A stretch of DNA of 64,000 nt from Actinomycetota bacterium (lineage in GTDB: Bacteria; Actinomycetota; Acidimicrobiia; Acidimicrobiales; CAIXPF01), in assembly GCA_034211175.1 (NCBI GenBank), contig JAXHUH010000257.1, positions 5,964 through 69,963 of the forward strand. Direction: 5' to 3'. The notes under the pieces are model-generated. The model searched no databases. It was not told the origin of the DNA and saw only the letters and a list, made by a program, of their open reading frames with translations. A program made the position numbers and the translations under genes. How positions within the stretch are numbered: position 1 is the stretch's first letter; every line of letters starts with the position of its first letter. Positions 36,569 through 46,491 of this stretch are shown one piece after another.

Positions 36569-39500
36569 ATGACCGACACCCAGCGCCCCTATCCCGATGT
36601 CGCGGTGAGAGCCGACTACCCCGAGATCGAGCGGCGCATCCTCGCGGGCTGGAAGGACGAGAAGACCTTCGAGCGCTCGGTCGAGCAGCGGTCCGCGGAC
36701 CGCGAGTACGTGTTCTTCGACGGCCCGCCGTTCGCCAACGGGCTGCCCCACTACGGGCACCTCCTCACCGGCTACGTGAAGGACGTCATCCCCCGCTACC
36801 ACACGATGCGGGGCGAGCGGGTCGAGCGCCGCTTCGGCTGGGACTGCCATGGCCTGCCGGCCGAGATGGAGTCCGAGAAGGAGCTGGGCGTCTCGGGCCG
36901 CAAGGCGATCGTCGACTACGGCATCGGCAACTTCAACGACCACTGCCGCACGTCCGTCCTCCGCTACACGAAGGAGTGGGAGGACTACGTCACACGCCAG
37001 GCCCGCTGGGTCGACTTCGAGAACGACTACAAGACCATGGACCTCTCCTACATGGAGTCGGTCATGTGGGCGTTCTCCGAGCTGTGGAAGAAGGGCCTCG
37101 TCTACGAGGCCTACCGGGTCATGCCGTACTCGTGGGGCGCGCAGACCCCGCTGTCGAACTTCGAGATCCGCCTCGACGACGCCACCCGGCCCCGCCAGGA
37201 CCCGGCGCTGACCGTCGCGTTCACGCTCGAGCCCCGCGACGGTGAGCCGGAGACCCGAATCCTGGCGTGGACGACGACGCCGTGGACGCTGCCGTCGAAC
37301 CTGGCCCTCGCGGTCGGTCCCGACGTCGACTACGCCGTGGTCGAGGATGCCGACGGCCTCCGCTACGTCCTCGGCGCCGACGCCATCGAGCGCTACGAGC
37401 ACCAGCTCGACGGCACGACCCGGGTCGACACCGTGAAGGGCGCCGACCTGGTCGGGCGGACCTACACGCCGCTGTTCGACTACTTCGCCGACGAGGCGGA
37501 CGCGTTCCGGGTGCTGGGCGCCGACTTCGTCGACACCGCCGAGGGCACCGGCGTGGTCCACATGGCGCCCGGCTTCGGTGAGGACGACCAGCGGGTGTGC
37601 GAGGAGAACGGCATCGGGCTCGTCGTGCCGGTCGACGATGCCGGCGAGTTCACCGAGGAGGTGCGTGACTTCGTCGGGATGAACGTGTTCGACGCCAACC
37701 CCGAGGTGATCCGCCACCTCAAGGACGCCGGGCGCATCGTCCGCCACGACACGTACACGCACAACTACCCGCACTGCTGGCGCACCGACACGCCGATCAT
37801 CTACCGGGCGGTGAGCAGCTGGTACGTCGAGGTCACGAAGTTCCGTGACCGCATGATCGAGCACAACAAGGCGATCCGCTGGATCCCCGAGCACGTGCGC
37901 GACGGCGCGTTCGGCAAGTGGTTGGAGGGCGCCCGCGACTGGTCGATCAGCCGCAACCGGTTCTGGGGCGCACCGATCCCGGTGTGGCGCAGCGACGATC
38001 CCACCTACCCCCGCGTCGACGTGTACTCGAGCCTCGACGAGATCGAGCGCGACTTCGGTGTCCGCCCGACCGACCTGCACCGTCCCTACGTCGACGACCT
38101 GACCCGCCCGAACCCCGACGACCCGACGGGGAAGTCGGTGATGCGGCGCGTGCCCGAGGTGCTCGACTGCTGGTTCGAGTCGGGGTCGATGCCGTTCGCC
38201 CAGGCCCACTACCCGTTCGAGAACAAGGAGTGGGTGGAGGCGAACAACGCCGACTTCATCGTCGAGTACATCGCCCAGACGCGGGGCTGGTTCTACACGA
38301 TGCACGTGCTGTCGGTCGCGCTGTTCGACCGGCCGGCGTTCCAGAACTGCATCTGCCACGGCGTCGTCCAGGACGAGGAGGGGCGCAAGCTCTCGAAGCG
38401 GCTGCGCAACTACCCCGACCCGGAGACGGTCTTCGAGACGATCGGGTCGGACGCGCTGCGCTGGTACCTGATGTCGTCGCCGATCCTGCGCGGCGGCGAC
38501 CTCCGCATCGACCGGGACGGCGCCGGCATCAGCGACTCGGTGCGCCTGGTGCTCAACCCGATCTGGAACACGTTCCACTTCTTCACGCTGTACGCCAACG
38601 TGGAGGGCTACCAGGCCCGGCGTCGGACCGATTCACCCCAGCTGCTCGACCGCTACATCCTCGCCAAGACCCGCGAGCTCGTGGAGGAGGTGTCGGCCGA
38701 CCTCGACGCCTACGAGATCGCCGCCGCCTGCGCCGACGTGGCGACCTACCTCGACGCGCTCACCAACTGGTACGTGCGCCGCAGCCGCGACCGGTTCTGG
38801 GGCGGCGACGTCGGCGAGCGGGGCCTCGACGAGGACGCGTTCGACACGCTGTACACGGTGCTCGAGACGGTGGCCCGGACGGTCGCGCCGCTGCTGCCGT
38901 TCGTGGCCGAGGAGATCTACCGGGGCCTGACCGGTGAGGAGTCGGTCCACCTGGCCGACTACCCGGACCCGGCCGAGCTGCCGGCCGACCACGAGCTGGT
39001 GGCCCGGATGGACACGGTGCGCGAGGCGGCCTCGGCGGCGCTGTCGCTGCGCGAGACCCACGGCCTGCGCACCCGCCTGCCGCTGGCGTCGCTCACGATC
39101 GCCGGCCCCGCGGCCGAGGCCGTCGAGCCGCTGGCCGCGCTGCTGCGCGACGAGGTGAACGTGAAGGAGGTGCGGTTCAGCGACGACATCGGTGCGTTCG
39201 GGTCGTTCGTACTGCGCCCCAACAGCCGGGTGCTCGGCCCGCGCCTCGGCCCGGCGACCCAGGTCGTGATCAAGGCCGCCAAGGCGGGGGACTGGTCGTC
39301 GAACGACGACGGCTCGGTCACCGTCGGTGGCCACACCCTCGACGACGGCGAGTTCGAGCTGGTGCTCGAGACCGGCGACGGCCAGGCCGCCGCGGCGCTG
39401 CGGGGCAACACGTCGGTGGTCAGCCTCGACGTCGACGTCACGCCCGAGCTGGCCGCCGAGGGCACCGCCCGCGACCTGGTCCGCCTCGTGCAGCAGGCCC

Positions 39501-39706
39501 GCCGCGACGCCGGCCTGAAGGTGAGCGACCGGATCACGCTGACCCTGGCGCTGCCCGACGACCTGCGCTCGACGATCGCCCCCCACGAGGGATACCTCGC
39601 CGACCAGGTCCTGGCCACGTCCGTCGTCCACACCGACGCTGAGCAACCCACCACCTGCATGCTCGACGGCCGCGAGATCACCCTCTCGGTCGCGGTCGCG
39701 GGCTGA
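36569..39706 (+). CDS. ileS: Isoleucine--tRNA ligase, type 2 (eukaryote-like)
   Basis: DGPPFANGLPHYGH, GWDCHGLP, WTTTPWTL, DWSISRNRFWG and KLSKR motifs. Confidence 0.98.
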   Translation: MTDTQRPYPDVAVRADYPEIERRILAGWKDEKTFERSVEQRSADREYVFFDGPPFANGLPHYGHLLTGYVKDVIPRYHTMRGERVERRFGWDCHGLPAEMESEKELGVSGRKAIVDYGIGNFNDHCRTSVLRYTKEWEDYVTRQARWVDFENDYKTMDLSYMESVMWAFSELWKKGLVYEAYRVMPYSWGAQTPLSNFEIRLDDATRPRQDPALTVAFTLEPRDGEPETRILAWTTTPWTLPSNLALAVGPDVDYAVVEDADGLRYVLGADAIERYEHQLDGTTRVDTVKGADLVGRTYTPLFDYFADEADAFRVLGADFVDTAEGTGVVHMAPGFGEDDQRVCEENGIGLVVPVDDAGEFTEEVRDFVGMNVFDANPEVIRHLKDAGRIVRHDTYTHNYPHCWRTDTPIIYRAVSSWYVEVTKFRDRMIEHNKAIRWIPEHVRDGAFGKWLEGARDWSISRNRFWGAPIPVWRSDDPTYPRVDVYSSLDEIERDFGVRPTDLHRPYVDDLTRPNPDDPTGKSVMRRVPEVLDCWFESGSMPFAQAHYPFENKEWVEANNADFIVEYIAQTRGWFYTMHVLSVALFDRPAFQNCICHGVVQDEEGRKLSKRLRNYPDPETVFETIGSDALRWYLMSSPILRGGDLRIDRDGAGISDSVRLVLNPIWNTFHFFTLYANVEGYQARRRTDSPQLLDRYILAKTRELVEEVSADLDAYEIAAACADVATYLDALTNWYVRRSRDRFWGGDVGERGLDEDAFDTLYTVLETVARTVAPLLPFVAEEIYRGLTGEESVHLADYPDPAELPADHELVARMDTVREAASAALSLRETHGLRTRLPLASLTIAGPAAEAVEPLAALLRDEVNVKEVRFSDDIGAFGSFVLRPNSRVLGPRLGPATQVVIKAAKAGDWSSNDDGSVTVGGHTLDDGEFELVLETGDGQAAAALRGNTSVVSLDVDVTPELAAEGTARDLVRLVQQARRDAGLKVSDRITLTLALPDDLRSTIAPHEGYLADQVLATSVVHTDAEQPTTCMLDGREITLSVAVAG

Positions 39707-39889
39707 GTGATCGTGACGGGCCGGGACGATCCGGGCTCCTGGGCAGATCCACGTGCAGACCATCGTCGTCGGCCCAGACGACGGTCCGGCGCATGGGCCG
39801 GCCGGGTCCAGTACGGCGATGACCTGGTCGGGTCTGACGCCGACATCGTTGCGCTCTTCGACGAGTCCGCCGACGCGCCGTTGCCGTGA
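39707..39889 (+). pseudogene. Probable fragment of a Phd/YefM-type antitoxin C-terminus
   Basis: RRRSGAWAGRVQYGDDL...DIVALFD resembles the antitoxin tail R.PG.W.G.I...DD; no N-terminal domain and no toxin. Confidence 0.4.
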
Positions 39890-39976
39890 GGCTGCTGGCG
39901 GCGCGGCGCTGACCCGCGGCGAGGGCCGTGGGTCAGTACCGGGGGAGGGCCGGGTCGATCCCGACGGGGCGTCCTC

Positions 39977-40342
39977 TCAGTCGCCCCAGCAGAGGCAGAA
40001 CGGGTGGCCGGCGGGGTCGGCGTAGACCTGGAAGCGGTACTTGTGGTCGGGGTCGTAGGCCTGGAGCAGGGTGGCGCCGAGTGCGGTGACCTCGTCGTGG
40101 GCGGTGGTGATGTCGTCGACGTAGAGGTCGAGGTGGATCTGCTGGGGTGTGCCGTTCGGCCAGTCGGGGCGGATGTGGTCCGGGGCGAGCTGAACGCCGA
40201 TGCGAGGCGTCTTGTCGGCGTCGTGGACGGTGTGCCACTCGTCGTCGGCGCTGACCGAGCCGCCGAGCACGGCCGCCCAGAACTCGCTCTCGGCGTCGAG
40301 GTCGGCGGCGTCGAACACGATGATCTGCTGCTTGATCTGCAT
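39977..40342 (-). CDS. VOC/glyoxalase family protein
   Basis: IVFDAAD...FWAAVLG, QQIHLDL and YADPAGHPFCL motifs. Confidence 0.93.
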   Translation of the reverse strand: MQIKQQIIVFDAADLDAESEFWAAVLGGSVSADDEWHTVHDADKTPRIGVQLAPDHIRPDWPNGTPQQIHLDLYVDDITTAHDEVTALGATLLQAYDPDHKYRFQVYADPAGHPFCLCWGD

Positions 40343-40535
40343 CGGGGGCTCCTGTCGGGCTCGTGGACGCTGCCGAACCTACGAACGGTTGTGGACACCG
40401 GCGGTCCTCGACCTGGCGCCTGTCCGGATCCGGCCGATGGCCGGCCGGGCGAGTCGGGGCCTCCGGCCCTATCCGGCGTGGTCGCCGGGCGGTTCGATCG
40501 GCGGTGAGCACGATGCCGGGTACGGAGGTGACCCG

Positions 40536-41057
40536 ATGACCGAGGTGCACCACGACTCGCCGGCCGCCGACGTATCGGAGCCGGGGCGACCCGGAGGCAC
40601 GCGGCCCGAACGCCGTCCCCGGTTGCGGGCCCGGATCGAGCACGAGCTCGACACCCGGTCGGTCCGGCTGGCGGTGTGGCTCTACCGGCGCACCCGCGGC
40701 CGGATCATGCGTCTGTGGCGACGGCGGGGCGTCGTGCTCACCACTCGGGGCCGCCGCACCGGCCGGGCCCGCACCGTGCTGGTCCAGTACTTCCCCGACG
40801 GCGACGACCTGATCGTGGTCGCGGCCAACAGCGGGCTCGACCGCCCACCCGCGTGGTACCTGAACCTGCGGGCCGAGCCGAGAGTGCAGGTCGAGGTCGA
40901 CGGGCGGACGTTCGAGGCCCGCGCCGAGGAGCTGTCGGTCGAGGACGCCCGGGTGTTCTGGCCCCGGGTCCTCGCCTCGGCTCCCGACTACGAGCGCTAC
41001 CCGCAACGCACCGACCGGCCGCTGCCGCTGGTTCGCCTCGTGCCGACACCGGGTTGA
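40536..41057 (+). CDS. Deazaflavin (F420)-dependent oxidoreductase, Ddn/FDOR-A family
   Basis: LTTRGRRTG, ANSG...PAWYLNL and Y...TDRPLPLV motifs; GGAGG RBS. Confidence 0.9.
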   Translation: MTEVHHDSPAADVSEPGRPGGTRPERRPRLRARIEHELDTRSVRLAVWLYRRTRGRIMRLWRRRGVVLTTRGRRTGRARTVLVQYFPDGDDLIVVAANSGLDRPPAWYLNLRAEPRVQVEVDGRTFEARAEELSVEDARVFWPRVLASAPDYERYPQRTDRPLPLVRLVPTPG

Positions 41058-41070
41058 GCCCCGTCAGGTT

Positions 41071-41086
41071 TCTACGTAGGGTTCGA
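41071..41086 (-). promoter_or_regulatory. Putative operator TCGAACCCTACGTAGA (shared motif, site 1 of 5)
   Basis: Matches TCGAAY-N6-TAGA; ~40 nt upstream of the acyl-CoA dehydrogenase start. Confidence 0.5.
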
Positions 41087-41123
41087 TTCTGTCGCTCAGG
41101 GGCGCGGCCACGAGGGGGACCCG

Positions 41124-42347
41124 ATGACGGTGACGGACGTGCCGGCGCGAGCCGCGTTCGAGGCGGAGGCCGAGTCCTGGCTGTCGTCGGTCGCCGAGCC
41201 GAAGCCGGCGCATGGCGCGTTCCGCTGGGGTGAGGGCGACGACACGGTCGTCGAGATCTGGCCCGAGCACGACCCCGCCGCCGATGCCGCGAGCCTCGAA
41301 CGGTCCCGTGCGTGGCGCCGCCGGCGGTTCGACGCCGGGTTCGGATGGTGCGACGGGCCGGTCGAGCTCGGCGGCCGGGGCCTGTCCCGCGGCCATGCCC
41401 GGGCCTACGCCAAGCTCGAGGCCGGCTACGACGTGCCGGCCCAGGACTGGTTCAAGCTCGGCCCGGTGATCGGCCCGATCCTCCTCGACCACGCCGAGCC
41501 GGAGCTGGCGGCCCGCTACGTGCCCGGGCTGTTCCGGGGCGACGTGATCGCGTGTGAGCTGTTCAGCGAGCCCGGCGCCGGTTCGGACCTGGCCAGCGCG
41601 AGTTGTCGGGCGGTGCCCGAGGGTGGCCACTGGGTGCTCGACGGGCAGAAGGTGTGGACCTCCGACGCCCAGTTCGCCGACGTCGGCCTCGTCCTCGCCC
41701 GCACCGGCGACTCGGCGAGTCGACACCGGGGGCTCACGACCTTCGTGATCGACATGGCCGACCGGGCCGTCGACGTGCGGCCGCTACGCCAGATGACCGG
41801 TGGCGCGGCGTTCAACGAGGTGTTCATCGACGGGCTCCGAGTGCCCGACGACCACCGGGTCGGCGAGGTCGACGAGGGCTGGCGGGTCGCGGTGCGGACG
41901 CTGATGCTCGAACGCCAGCTCGTCGCCGGCGGCCACGGCCGGGGCGGCGTGGGGATCGCCAACGGTCAACGGCTGATCGAGCTGGTTCGCCACTGTGGCG
42001 TCGCCGACGACCCGCTCGTGCGGCAGGAGCTGATGCGGGTGCTCACCGGGTTCCGGGTCGCCGGCTACCTGAATCGCCGGCGCGACCTCCCGCCCGACGC
42101 CCCGATCATGGCCAAGCTGTCGCTGGCCCGGAACCTGACGGCCGTCGCCGAGCTCGTCGGCTCCGTGCTCGGCCCCCGCCTCGTGGCCGACACGGGGGAG
42201 TGGGGGACGTACGCGTGGACCCGGTTCGTGCTCGGCGCCCCCGGCAACCACATCGCCGTGGGCACGGACGAGACCATCAAGAACATCGTCGCCGAACGCA
42301 TCCTCGGACTCCCCCGCGACCCCTCACCTCCGTCCGGGTCCGCCTGA
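41124..42347 (+). CDS. Acyl-CoA dehydrogenase family protein
   Basis: FSEPGAGSDLA, GQKVWTS, FNEVF and GTDETIKNIVAERILGLP motifs. Confidence 0.95.
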   Translation: MTVTDVPARAAFEAEAESWLSSVAEPKPAHGAFRWGEGDDTVVEIWPEHDPAADAASLERSRAWRRRRFDAGFGWCDGPVELGGRGLSRGHARAYAKLEAGYDVPAQDWFKLGPVIGPILLDHAEPELAARYVPGLFRGDVIACELFSEPGAGSDLASASCRAVPEGGHWVLDGQKVWTSDAQFADVGLVLARTGDSASRHRGLTTFVIDMADRAVDVRPLRQMTGGAAFNEVFIDGLRVPDDHRVGEVDEGWRVAVRTLMLERQLVAGGHGRGGVGIANGQRLIELVRHCGVADDPLVRQELMRVLTGFRVAGYLNRRRDLPPDAPIMAKLSLARNLTAVAELVGSVLGPRLVADTGEWGTYAWTRFVLGAPGNHIAVGTDETIKNIVAERILGLPRDPSPPSGSA

Positions 42348-42448
42348 GCGATCGAGGCCGGCCCCCGGACACGAGCGTCGGCCCGGAGCGGTGAACGGGC
42401 GTGGCGGATGGGCGGGGTGGGCGCGACTCGCCGCGGGTGCCCGGCGCC

Positions 42449-43387
42449 TCAGGTGCCCGGCGTGACGAGCGGGGCGACGGCTCGGGCGTCGACCGACCCG
42501 GCCACGATTGGCGCCCGGCAGGCCCGGCAGCGCGTGAGGACGTCGAGGTCGTGCCCGCAGGGCCGGTGCGCGACGTGGAGGTGGTCGGCGACGCCGAGGC
42601 TGCGCATCGCCCAGTGGCGGAGGGTCACCGACACCCCGTAGAGGTCGAGGCCCTCCTCGGTGAGGCGGTACTCGGCCCGTGAGCCGTTCCTGCGGGGGGT
42701 GTGGCGGAGCACGCCGAGGTCGGTGAGCCGACCGAGCCGGTTGGACAGGATGTTGGGGGCGATGGCCAGCCGGGTCTCGAACTCGTCGAAGTGGCGGAGG
42801 CCGAAGAACGCTTCCTGGATGACGACGACGCTCCACCGGTCGCCGGTGGCGGCGAGGCAGCGGGCTATCGGGCACGGACGGGCGCGTTCGAGCTGGTCGA
42901 GCCGGGGCACCCGCGTCTTCACGTCCGGTACCTGACGGACCGCGTCGTGCGGCGGTCGCTCGGCGTACACCTCGTGGGGCGTGATCACCTCACCGCACTC
43001 GGAGCACGCGAGCTCGGCGTGCAGCGGCGCGCCGCAGTCGAGGTGCGTGAGCTCGAGCAGCGGCCCCTCCTCGGGTTCGACCATCCACCGGCGGCCCCAC
43101 TCGGCCATGTGCAGGAGCACGGGCACGTACTCGTGCGCGGTGACGGTCGGGACGTACTCGTGGCGGTCCGTCCCGGCGGCGACGCTCCGCCGCTCGAGCA
43201 GGCCGGCGTCGGTCAGGGAGCCGAGGCGCGACGTGAGCGTCGCCCGGTTGAGCCCGAGGGCGTCGCGGAAGCCGACGAACCGGCGCTGACCGAAGAGGCA
43301 CGCCTCCCGCAGGATCAGCACCGACCACGCGTCGCCGACGATCGCCGAGGCGATGTGGACCGGCGTGGCGGGGATCTGCGGCGACAC
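42449..43387 (-). CDS. Tandem HxlR-type winged-helix transcriptional regulator
   Basis: Two repeats (GDAWSVLILRE, GDRWSVVVIQE), each followed by an H..CG...C..C motif. Confidence 0.9.
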   Translation of the reverse strand: MSPQIPATPVHIASAIVGDAWSVLILREACLFGQRRFVGFRDALGLNRATLTSRLGSLTDAGLLERRSVAAGTDRHEYVPTVTAHEYVPVLLHMAEWGRRWMVEPEEGPLLELTHLDCGAPLHAELACSECGEVITPHEVYAERPPHDAVRQVPDVKTRVPRLDQLERARPCPIARCLAATGDRWSVVVIQEAFFGLRHFDEFETRLAIAPNILSNRLGRLTDLGVLRHTPRRNGSRAEYRLTEEGLDLYGVSVTLRHWAMRSLGVADHLHVAHRPCGHDLDVLTRCRACRAPIVAGSVDARAVAPLVTPGT

Positions 43388-43573
43388 CCGTCAACCCTAC
43401 GCACCGGTGTCGTGCTGGCCGTGCCGCCGGCCGCGACCTCGGATCGCCCATTGGCCGCTGCGGGGGTGCGCGGTCGGCACCGCTGCTGCTTGCACTAACA
43501 GACCAAGCGCCTTAGCTTTCGTTGGCAGACCAAATGCCGCGATCGCGCGGCTTCGTGGGGGGAGGGTGCAGCG

Positions 43574-44377
43574 ATGCACGAGCAGTCATCACCGTCGGGC
43601 AAGCTGATCGTCGGCCGGGACGGCCCGGTCACGACGATCACCCTGAACCGGCCGGAGTGCCACAACGCGCTCGACCGGGAGGTGTCCGCCGAGCTGCACG
43701 CCGCGGTGAAGGAGATCGACGTCGACCGCGAGTGCCGTGTCGTCATCCTGCGGGGCGCCGGGGAGACCTTCTGCGCGGGCGACGACATCAAGGAGTTCAA
43801 CGACTGGGCTCCCGAGGACGGCAACTGGCAGGTCCGCCAGTACCAGGACACGGTCAGGACCCTCGAGAACCTGGTCCCGGTGACGATCGCCGCGGTGGAC
43901 GGCGTCTGCACCGGCGGTGGGCTCGAGCTGACGCTCTCGTGCGACTTCGTGGTGGCCACGCGCCGGTCGCGCTGGGGGATGCCGGAGATCAACTGGGACA
44001 TCACGCCCGGATGGGGCGGGACCGCCAAGATCGCCAAGTTCGCCGGGCGGCGAAAGGCGAAGGAGTGGAACCTGCTCGGATCGCTCTTCAGTGCGGAGAA
44101 GGCCGAGCGCTACGACCTGGTGAACCGGCTGTGCGAACCCGACGAGCTCGACGGCGAGGTCGCCGCGCTGACCGAGGTGCTCCTGGCGAAGCACCCGGTG
44201 GCGCTGCAGTGCACCAAGTACTTCGTCGACCACGGGGCCGACCTCGACGTCGCCAACAGCATGGTGTTCGAGGGCGCCCCGCCCCGCCAACCGTTCGGCC
44301 AGGGCATCCGGGACTTCGTCGAGACCGAGACCCGCGACCGGCGCCGCGAGCTCGTCCGCGACTTCTGGTTCGACTGA
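43574..44377 (+). CDS. Enoyl-CoA hydratase/isomerase family protein
   Basis: LNRPE..NAL, FCAGDD, GGGLEL and MPE motifs. Confidence 0.95.
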   Translation: MHEQSSPSGKLIVGRDGPVTTITLNRPECHNALDREVSAELHAAVKEIDVDRECRVVILRGAGETFCAGDDIKEFNDWAPEDGNWQVRQYQDTVRTLENLVPVTIAAVDGVCTGGGLELTLSCDFVVATRRSRWGMPEINWDITPGWGGTAKIAKFAGRRKAKEWNLLGSLFSAEKAERYDLVNRLCEPDELDGEVAALTEVLLAKHPVALQCTKYFVDHGADLDVANSMVFEGAPPRQPFGQGIRDFVETETRDRRRELVRDFWFD

Positions 44378-44491
44378 CCGGCATCACGGTTCGCGGCGCG
44401 TGGCGTGGCCTGCGAAGCACGCCGCCGGGCAGCCGACGCTCCTCACCGCGTCACGTCGTTCCCGGCGGTTCCAGGACCCGCGCCGGGGCCG

Positions 44492-45331
44492 TCACGGCGA
44501 GAGGGACGGTTCGCTCAGCTCGAGGCGGTCGAGGTCCGACGGCACGTGGATCGCGCCGGTGAACCCTCCCTCCCTGGCCTCCTCGGCGAAGCGGGTCACG
44601 TCCTCCTCGCCGGTCGGAGGGGGCAGCAGGTGGGTGAGGGCGAGCGCACCGACCCGAGCGTCCACGGCGAGCTGGCCGACGGAACGTGCGCTGGCGTTCC
44701 ACGCCAGGGCCTCGGCGTCGACCCGGTCGGAGCGGAGCGCCTCGTGTACGAGGAGGTCGGCCTCGGCGGCCAGGGCCCGCACCCCGTCGCACACGACGGT
44801 GTCGCCGCTGACCGCCACGACGGTGCCCCCGAGCTCGATCCGGTAGCCGACCGCCGCCTCCATCGGAGGGTGCTCGACCGTCGCGCTCCGGACCTCCCAC
44901 CCGCCGTCGTCGAACACCCGGGTGGGCTCGGTCGGCGCGGCGAAGCTCGCGACCTCGATCGACGGTCGCTCGGCGATGCCGGCTCTGCGCTGCGAGTGGA
45001 ACGCCTGGTCCTCGAAGGGGTCGAGGCAGCTCTCGGCGAAGCGGCTGGTCGGCCCGACCGGGGCGACGATCCGCAGCGGGGTCGGCGCGCCCGCCACGAA
45101 GCGCGTGATCACCAGGGTCGCCAGGTCGCTCACGTGGTCGCTGTGGTGGTGGGTCAGGAGCACCGCAGCGAGGGTGCGCAGATCGAGCCCGGCCTCGATG
45201 GCCCGTTGGGTGACGCCGCGCCCGCAGTCGACCAGCACCCACGACCGGCCGGGATCGACCACGGCGGTGCCGGAGCCGCAGCGGCGAGAGTCGGGGTAGG
45301 GCGTGCCCGTGCCGAGGAACCGGACCTCCAT
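44492..45331 (-). CDS. MBL-fold hydrolase, RNase Z/arylsulfatase-like
   Basis: FLGTGTP, THHHSDH, SGDT, VHEA and LTHL motifs. Confidence 0.9.
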   Translation of the reverse strand: MEVRFLGTGTPYPDSRRCGSGTAVVDPGRSWVLVDCGRGVTQRAIEAGLDLRTLAAVLLTHHHSDHVSDLATLVITRFVAGAPTPLRIVAPVGPTSRFAESCLDPFEDQAFHSQRRAGIAERPSIEVASFAAPTEPTRVFDDGGWEVRSATVEHPPMEAAVGYRIELGGTVVAVSGDTVVCDGVRALAAEADLLVHEALRSDRVDAEALAWNASARSVGQLAVDARVGALALTHLLPPPTGEEDVTRFAEEAREGGFTGAIHVPSDLDRLELSEPSLSP

Positions 45332-45367
45332 GACCGGAGTCTCCCGCGCTCGCCCTCGATCACCGAA

Positions 45368-45383
45368 TCGAACTCCGTGTAGA
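45368..45383 (+). promoter_or_regulatory. Putative operator TCGAACTCCGTGTAGA (site 2 of 5)
   Basis: In the divergent MBL-hydrolase/oxidoreductase intergenic region. Confidence 0.5.
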
Positions 45384-45421
45384 TTCCTGTCCGAACGAAG
45401 GGCCACGTCCGGGGGGATCGT

Positions 45422-46432
45422 GTGAAGGCCTGGAGGATCGACGAGCTGGGGCACCCGTCAACCGCCCTGCGGCTCGCGGAGATCGATGCGCCGGTACCGG
45501 GGTCGGGCGAGCTCGCGATCGACGTCGAGTCCGCGGTCGTGAACTTCGCGGACATCCTGCTGTGTCAGGGCATCTACCAGGACCGCCCGCCCGTCCCGTT
45601 CGCGCCGGGCCTCGAGGTGTGCGGCGTCGTCACCTCCGTCGGCGACGGCATGGACGTGCCCGTCGGCGCCCGGGTGTCGGGCATGGCCGCGCTGCCGAGC
45701 GGGGCGTTCGCCGAGGCCGCGCTCGTGCGGGCGCCCAGCGCGGTCGAGGTGCCCCACGAGGTCCCCGCTGCCGACGCCGCAGCCCTGGCCAGCACCTATT
45801 TGACCTCCCACGTCGCGCTCCACCGGCGGGCCCACCTCCAGCCGGGTGAGACGCTGCTCGTCCACGGGGCCACCGGAGGGGTCGGCTCCGCGGCCGTGCA
45901 ACTCGGCGTCGCCGCCGGCGCCACCGTGATCGCCACCGCCGGCGGGGAGGCCAAGGCCCGGGTCGCGAAGGAGCTGGGTGCCCACCACGTCATCGACCAC
46001 CGCGTCGACGACGTCCGTGAGCGGGTGCTGGAGCTGACCGCCGGCCGGGGCGTCGACGTCGCCTACGACCCGGTCGGCGGCGCCCTCGGTGACCTGACGC
46101 GCCGGCTGATGGCATGGGAGGGCCGGCTGCTCGTGATCGGGTTCGCCTCCGGCGAGATCCCGTCGTACCCAGCCAACCACGTGCTCGTGAAGAACTACAG
46201 CGTGATGGGCCTCCACTGGGGTGCGTACACCGAGCACGGCGGCCGCCCCGTGCTCGAGGCCGCCCACGCCGACCTGCTGCGCCTGTACGCCGAGGGCGCG
46301 ATCGCGCCACGGATCCACTCGACGATCGGGCTCGACGAGGTGCCCGACGCCCTCGCCGCGCTGGAGGCCCGAGAGGTGCTCGGGCGCATCGTGCTCGTGA
46401 CCGGCGGTGCTGACCGGGCCCGGCACGGCTGA
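45422..46432 (+). CDS. NADPH:quinone oxidoreductase (MDR/zeta-crystallin family)
   Basis: VNFADIL...YQ, HGATGGVG, YDPVGG and GFASG motifs. Confidence 0.93.
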   Translation: MKAWRIDELGHPSTALRLAEIDAPVPGSGELAIDVESAVVNFADILLCQGIYQDRPPVPFAPGLEVCGVVTSVGDGMDVPVGARVSGMAALPSGAFAEAALVRAPSAVEVPHEVPAADAAALASTYLTSHVALHRRAHLQPGETLLVHGATGGVGSAAVQLGVAAGATVIATAGGEAKARVAKELGAHHVIDHRVDDVRERVLELTAGRGVDVAYDPVGGALGDLTRRLMAWEGRLLVIGFASGEIPSYPANHVLVKNYSVMGLHWGAYTEHGGRPVLEAAHADLLRLYAEGAIAPRIHSTIGLDEVPDALAALEAREVLGRIVLVTGGADRARHG

Positions 46433-46491
46433 GACCGACCGACCTGCCGACGCAGATACGTTCCGCCGGCCCGGCCGGCAAAGGGGGAACC

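Noticed and set aside
43500-43516. KstR2-like box (ACCAAGCGCCTTAGC) before the enoyl-CoA hydratase
   Set aside because: Spacing and right half do not fit AnCAAGnnCTTGnT, and it is a single instance
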